This document shows, piece by piece, positions 21,979 through 24,158 of a stretch of DNA of 24,158 nucleotides (positions within the stretch are counted from its first letter, which is position 1; each line of letters starts with the position of its first letter). The translations under genes and the position numbers were made by a program. This DNA is from Macrostomum lignano. Its lineage: Eukaryota. A model generated the notes under the pieces. That model worked only from the letters and a program-made list of their open reading frames with translations. It was not told where the DNA came from and made no database searches. Location: contig NIVC01003485.1 of the NCBI GenBank assembly GCA_002269645.1, positions 1 to 24,158 of the forward strand, in the 5' to 3' direction.

Positions 21979-24158
21979 AGTCATTCCTGCACGGCTTTCG
22001 CTTTCGACCATAGATGTACATGTAGTAATTCCTGCACGGTTTTCTCTTTCAACCATAGATGTACATGTAGTCATTCCTGCAAGGCTTTATCCTTCAACCA
22101 TAGATGTACATGTAGTCATTCCTACACGGCTTTCGCTTTTGACCATAGATGTACATGTAGTCATTCCTACACGGCTTTCGCTTTTGACCATAGATGTACA
22201 TGTAGTCATTCCTGCACGGCTCTCGCTTTTGACCATAGATGTACATGTAGTCATTCCTGCACGGCTCTCGCTTTTGACCATAGATGTACATGTAGTCATT
22301 CCTGCACGGCTCTCGCTTTTGACCATAGATGTACATGTAGTCATTCCTGCACGGCTCTCGCTTTTGACCATAGATGTACATGTAGTCATTCCTGCACGGC
22401 TCTCACTTTTGACCATAGATGTACATGTAGTCATTCCTGCACGGCTCTCGCTTTTGACATAGATGTACATGTAGTCATTCCTGCACGGCTTTCTCTTTCG
22501 ACCATAGATGTACATGTAGTCATTCCTGCACGGCTTTCTCTTTCGACCATAGATGTACATGTAGTAATTCCTGCACGGCTCTCGCTTTTGACCATAGATG
22601 TACATGTAGTCATTCCTGCACGGCTCTCGCTTTTGACCATAGATGTACATGTAGTCATTCCTGCACGGCTCTCGTTTTGACCATAGATGTACATGTAGTC
22701 ATTCCTGCACGGCTCTTCGCTTTTGACCATAGATGTACATGTAGTCATTCCTGCACGGCTCTCACTTTCGACCATAGATGTACATGTAGTCATTCCTGCA
22801 CGGCTCTCGCTTTTGACCATAGATGTACATGTAGTCATTCCTGCACGGCTCTCACTTTTGACCATAGATGTACATGTAGTCATTCCTGCACGGCTTTTCT
22901 CTTTCGACCATAGATGTACATGTAGTCATTCCTGCACGGCTTTCTCTTTCGACCATAGATGTACATGTAGTCATTCCTGCACGGCTTTCTCTTTCGACCA
23001 TAGATGTACATGTAGTCATTCCTGCACGGCTTTCTCTTTCGACCATAGATGTACATGTAGTCATTCCTGCCGGCTTTCTCTTTCGACCATAGATGTACAT
23101 GTAGTCATTCCTGCACGGCTCTCACTTTTGACCATAGATGTACATGTAGTCATTCCTGCACGGCTCTCGCTTTTTGACCATAGATGTACATGTAGTCATT
23201 CCTGCACGGCTTCTCACTTTTGACCATAGATGTACATGTAGTCATTCCTGCACGGCTCTCGCTTTTGACCATAGATGTACATGTAGTCATTCCTGCACGG
23301 CTTTCTCTTTCGACCATAGATGTACATGTAGTCATTCCTGCACGGCTTTCTCTTTCGACCATAGATGTACATGTAGTCATTCCTGCACGGCTTTCTCTTT
23401 CGACCATAGATGTACATGTAGTCATTCCTGCACGGCTTTCTCTTTCGACCATAGATGTACATGTAGTCATTCCTGCAGCGCTCTCACTTTTGACCAATAG
23501 ATGTACATGTAGTCATTCCTGCACGCGCTCTCACTTTTGACCATTAGATGTACATGTAGTCATTCTGCACGGCTCTCGCTTTTGACCATAAAATGTACAT
23601 GTAGTCATTCCTGCACGGCTCTCGCTCGCTTTTGACCATAGATGTACATGTAGTCATTCCTGCACGGCTCTCGCTTTTGACCATAATGTACATTAGTCAT
23701 TCCTGCACGGCTCTCGCTTTTGACCATAGATGTTACATGTAGTCATTCCTGCACGGCTTTCTCTTTCGACCATAGATGTACATGTAGTCATTCCTGCACG
23801 GCTCTCGCTTTTGACCATAGATGTACATGTAGTCATTCCTGCACGGCTCTCGCTTTTGACCATAGATGTACATGTAGTCATTCCTGCACGGCTCTCGCTT
23901 TTGACCATAGATGTACATGTAGTCATTCCTGCACGGCTTTCTCTTTCGACCATAGATGTACATGTAGTATTCCTGCACGGCTCTCGCTTTTGACCATAGA
24001 TGTACATGTAGTATTCCTGCACGGCTTTCTCTTGTCGACCATAGATGTACATGTAGTCATTTCCTGCACGGCTCTCACTTTTGACCATAGATGTACATGT
24101 AGTCATTTCCTGCACGGCTCTCGCTTTTGACCATAGATGTACATGTAGTCATTCCTGC
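21979..24158. repeat. 45-bp tandem satellite, unit ACCATAGATGTACATGTAGTCATTCCTGCACGGCTCTCGCTTTTG, about 48 copies, open at the right edge
   Basis: Unit read directly; the 15-aa periodicity of the ORFs confirms 45 bp. Variant ends are CTCTCGCTTTTG, CTTTCTCTTTCG and CTCTCACTTTTG. The most divergent units lie at the left edge. Confidence 0.99.

Noticed and set aside
21920-24130. Cys/His-rich repeat ORFs (DHRCTCSHSCTALAF)n that look like a metal-binding protein
   Set aside because: Translation of the 45-bp satellite. Four of six frames are open, frameshifts are frequent and there is no codon-position bias in the variants.
20119-24158. CRISPR-like appearance of the 21-, 29- and 45-bp arrays
   Set aside because: The units are head-to-tail with no unique spacers, there are no cas genes, and the context is eukaryotic.
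1-24158. Telomere or subtelomere assignment
   Set aside because: No TTAGGG-type array is present. The satellites suggest heterochromatin but do not fix chromosomal position.

Overview
Eukaryotic DNA, probably an invertebrate. The polyQ-rich ORFs and dense simple repeats resemble a free-living flatworm such as Macrostomum, but that is inference only. Two large satellites bracket the window: a 24-bp satellite (1-~8890) and a 45-bp satellite (~21979 to the end). Both run off the window edges and explain almost all predicted ORFs there. The ~13 kb island between them holds microsatellites and minisatellites, several DNA hairpins (including a 133-bp imperfect palindrome capped by GCGAAGC), and orphan low-complexity coding-like segments on the + strand. 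It also holds a decayed Ty3/gypsy pol fragment (- strand) that meets a gag-like fragment (+ strand), a tRNA-like relic just upstream of that gag-like frame, and a probable Helitron-like 5' end. The best-supported unusual observation is three copies of a 29-bp minisatellite inserted into the gypsy pol between 10-bp direct repeats. Removing the insert restores the pol frame, and a sister array lies 2.8 kb away. No complete novel multi-gene system can be supported from the sequence alone.
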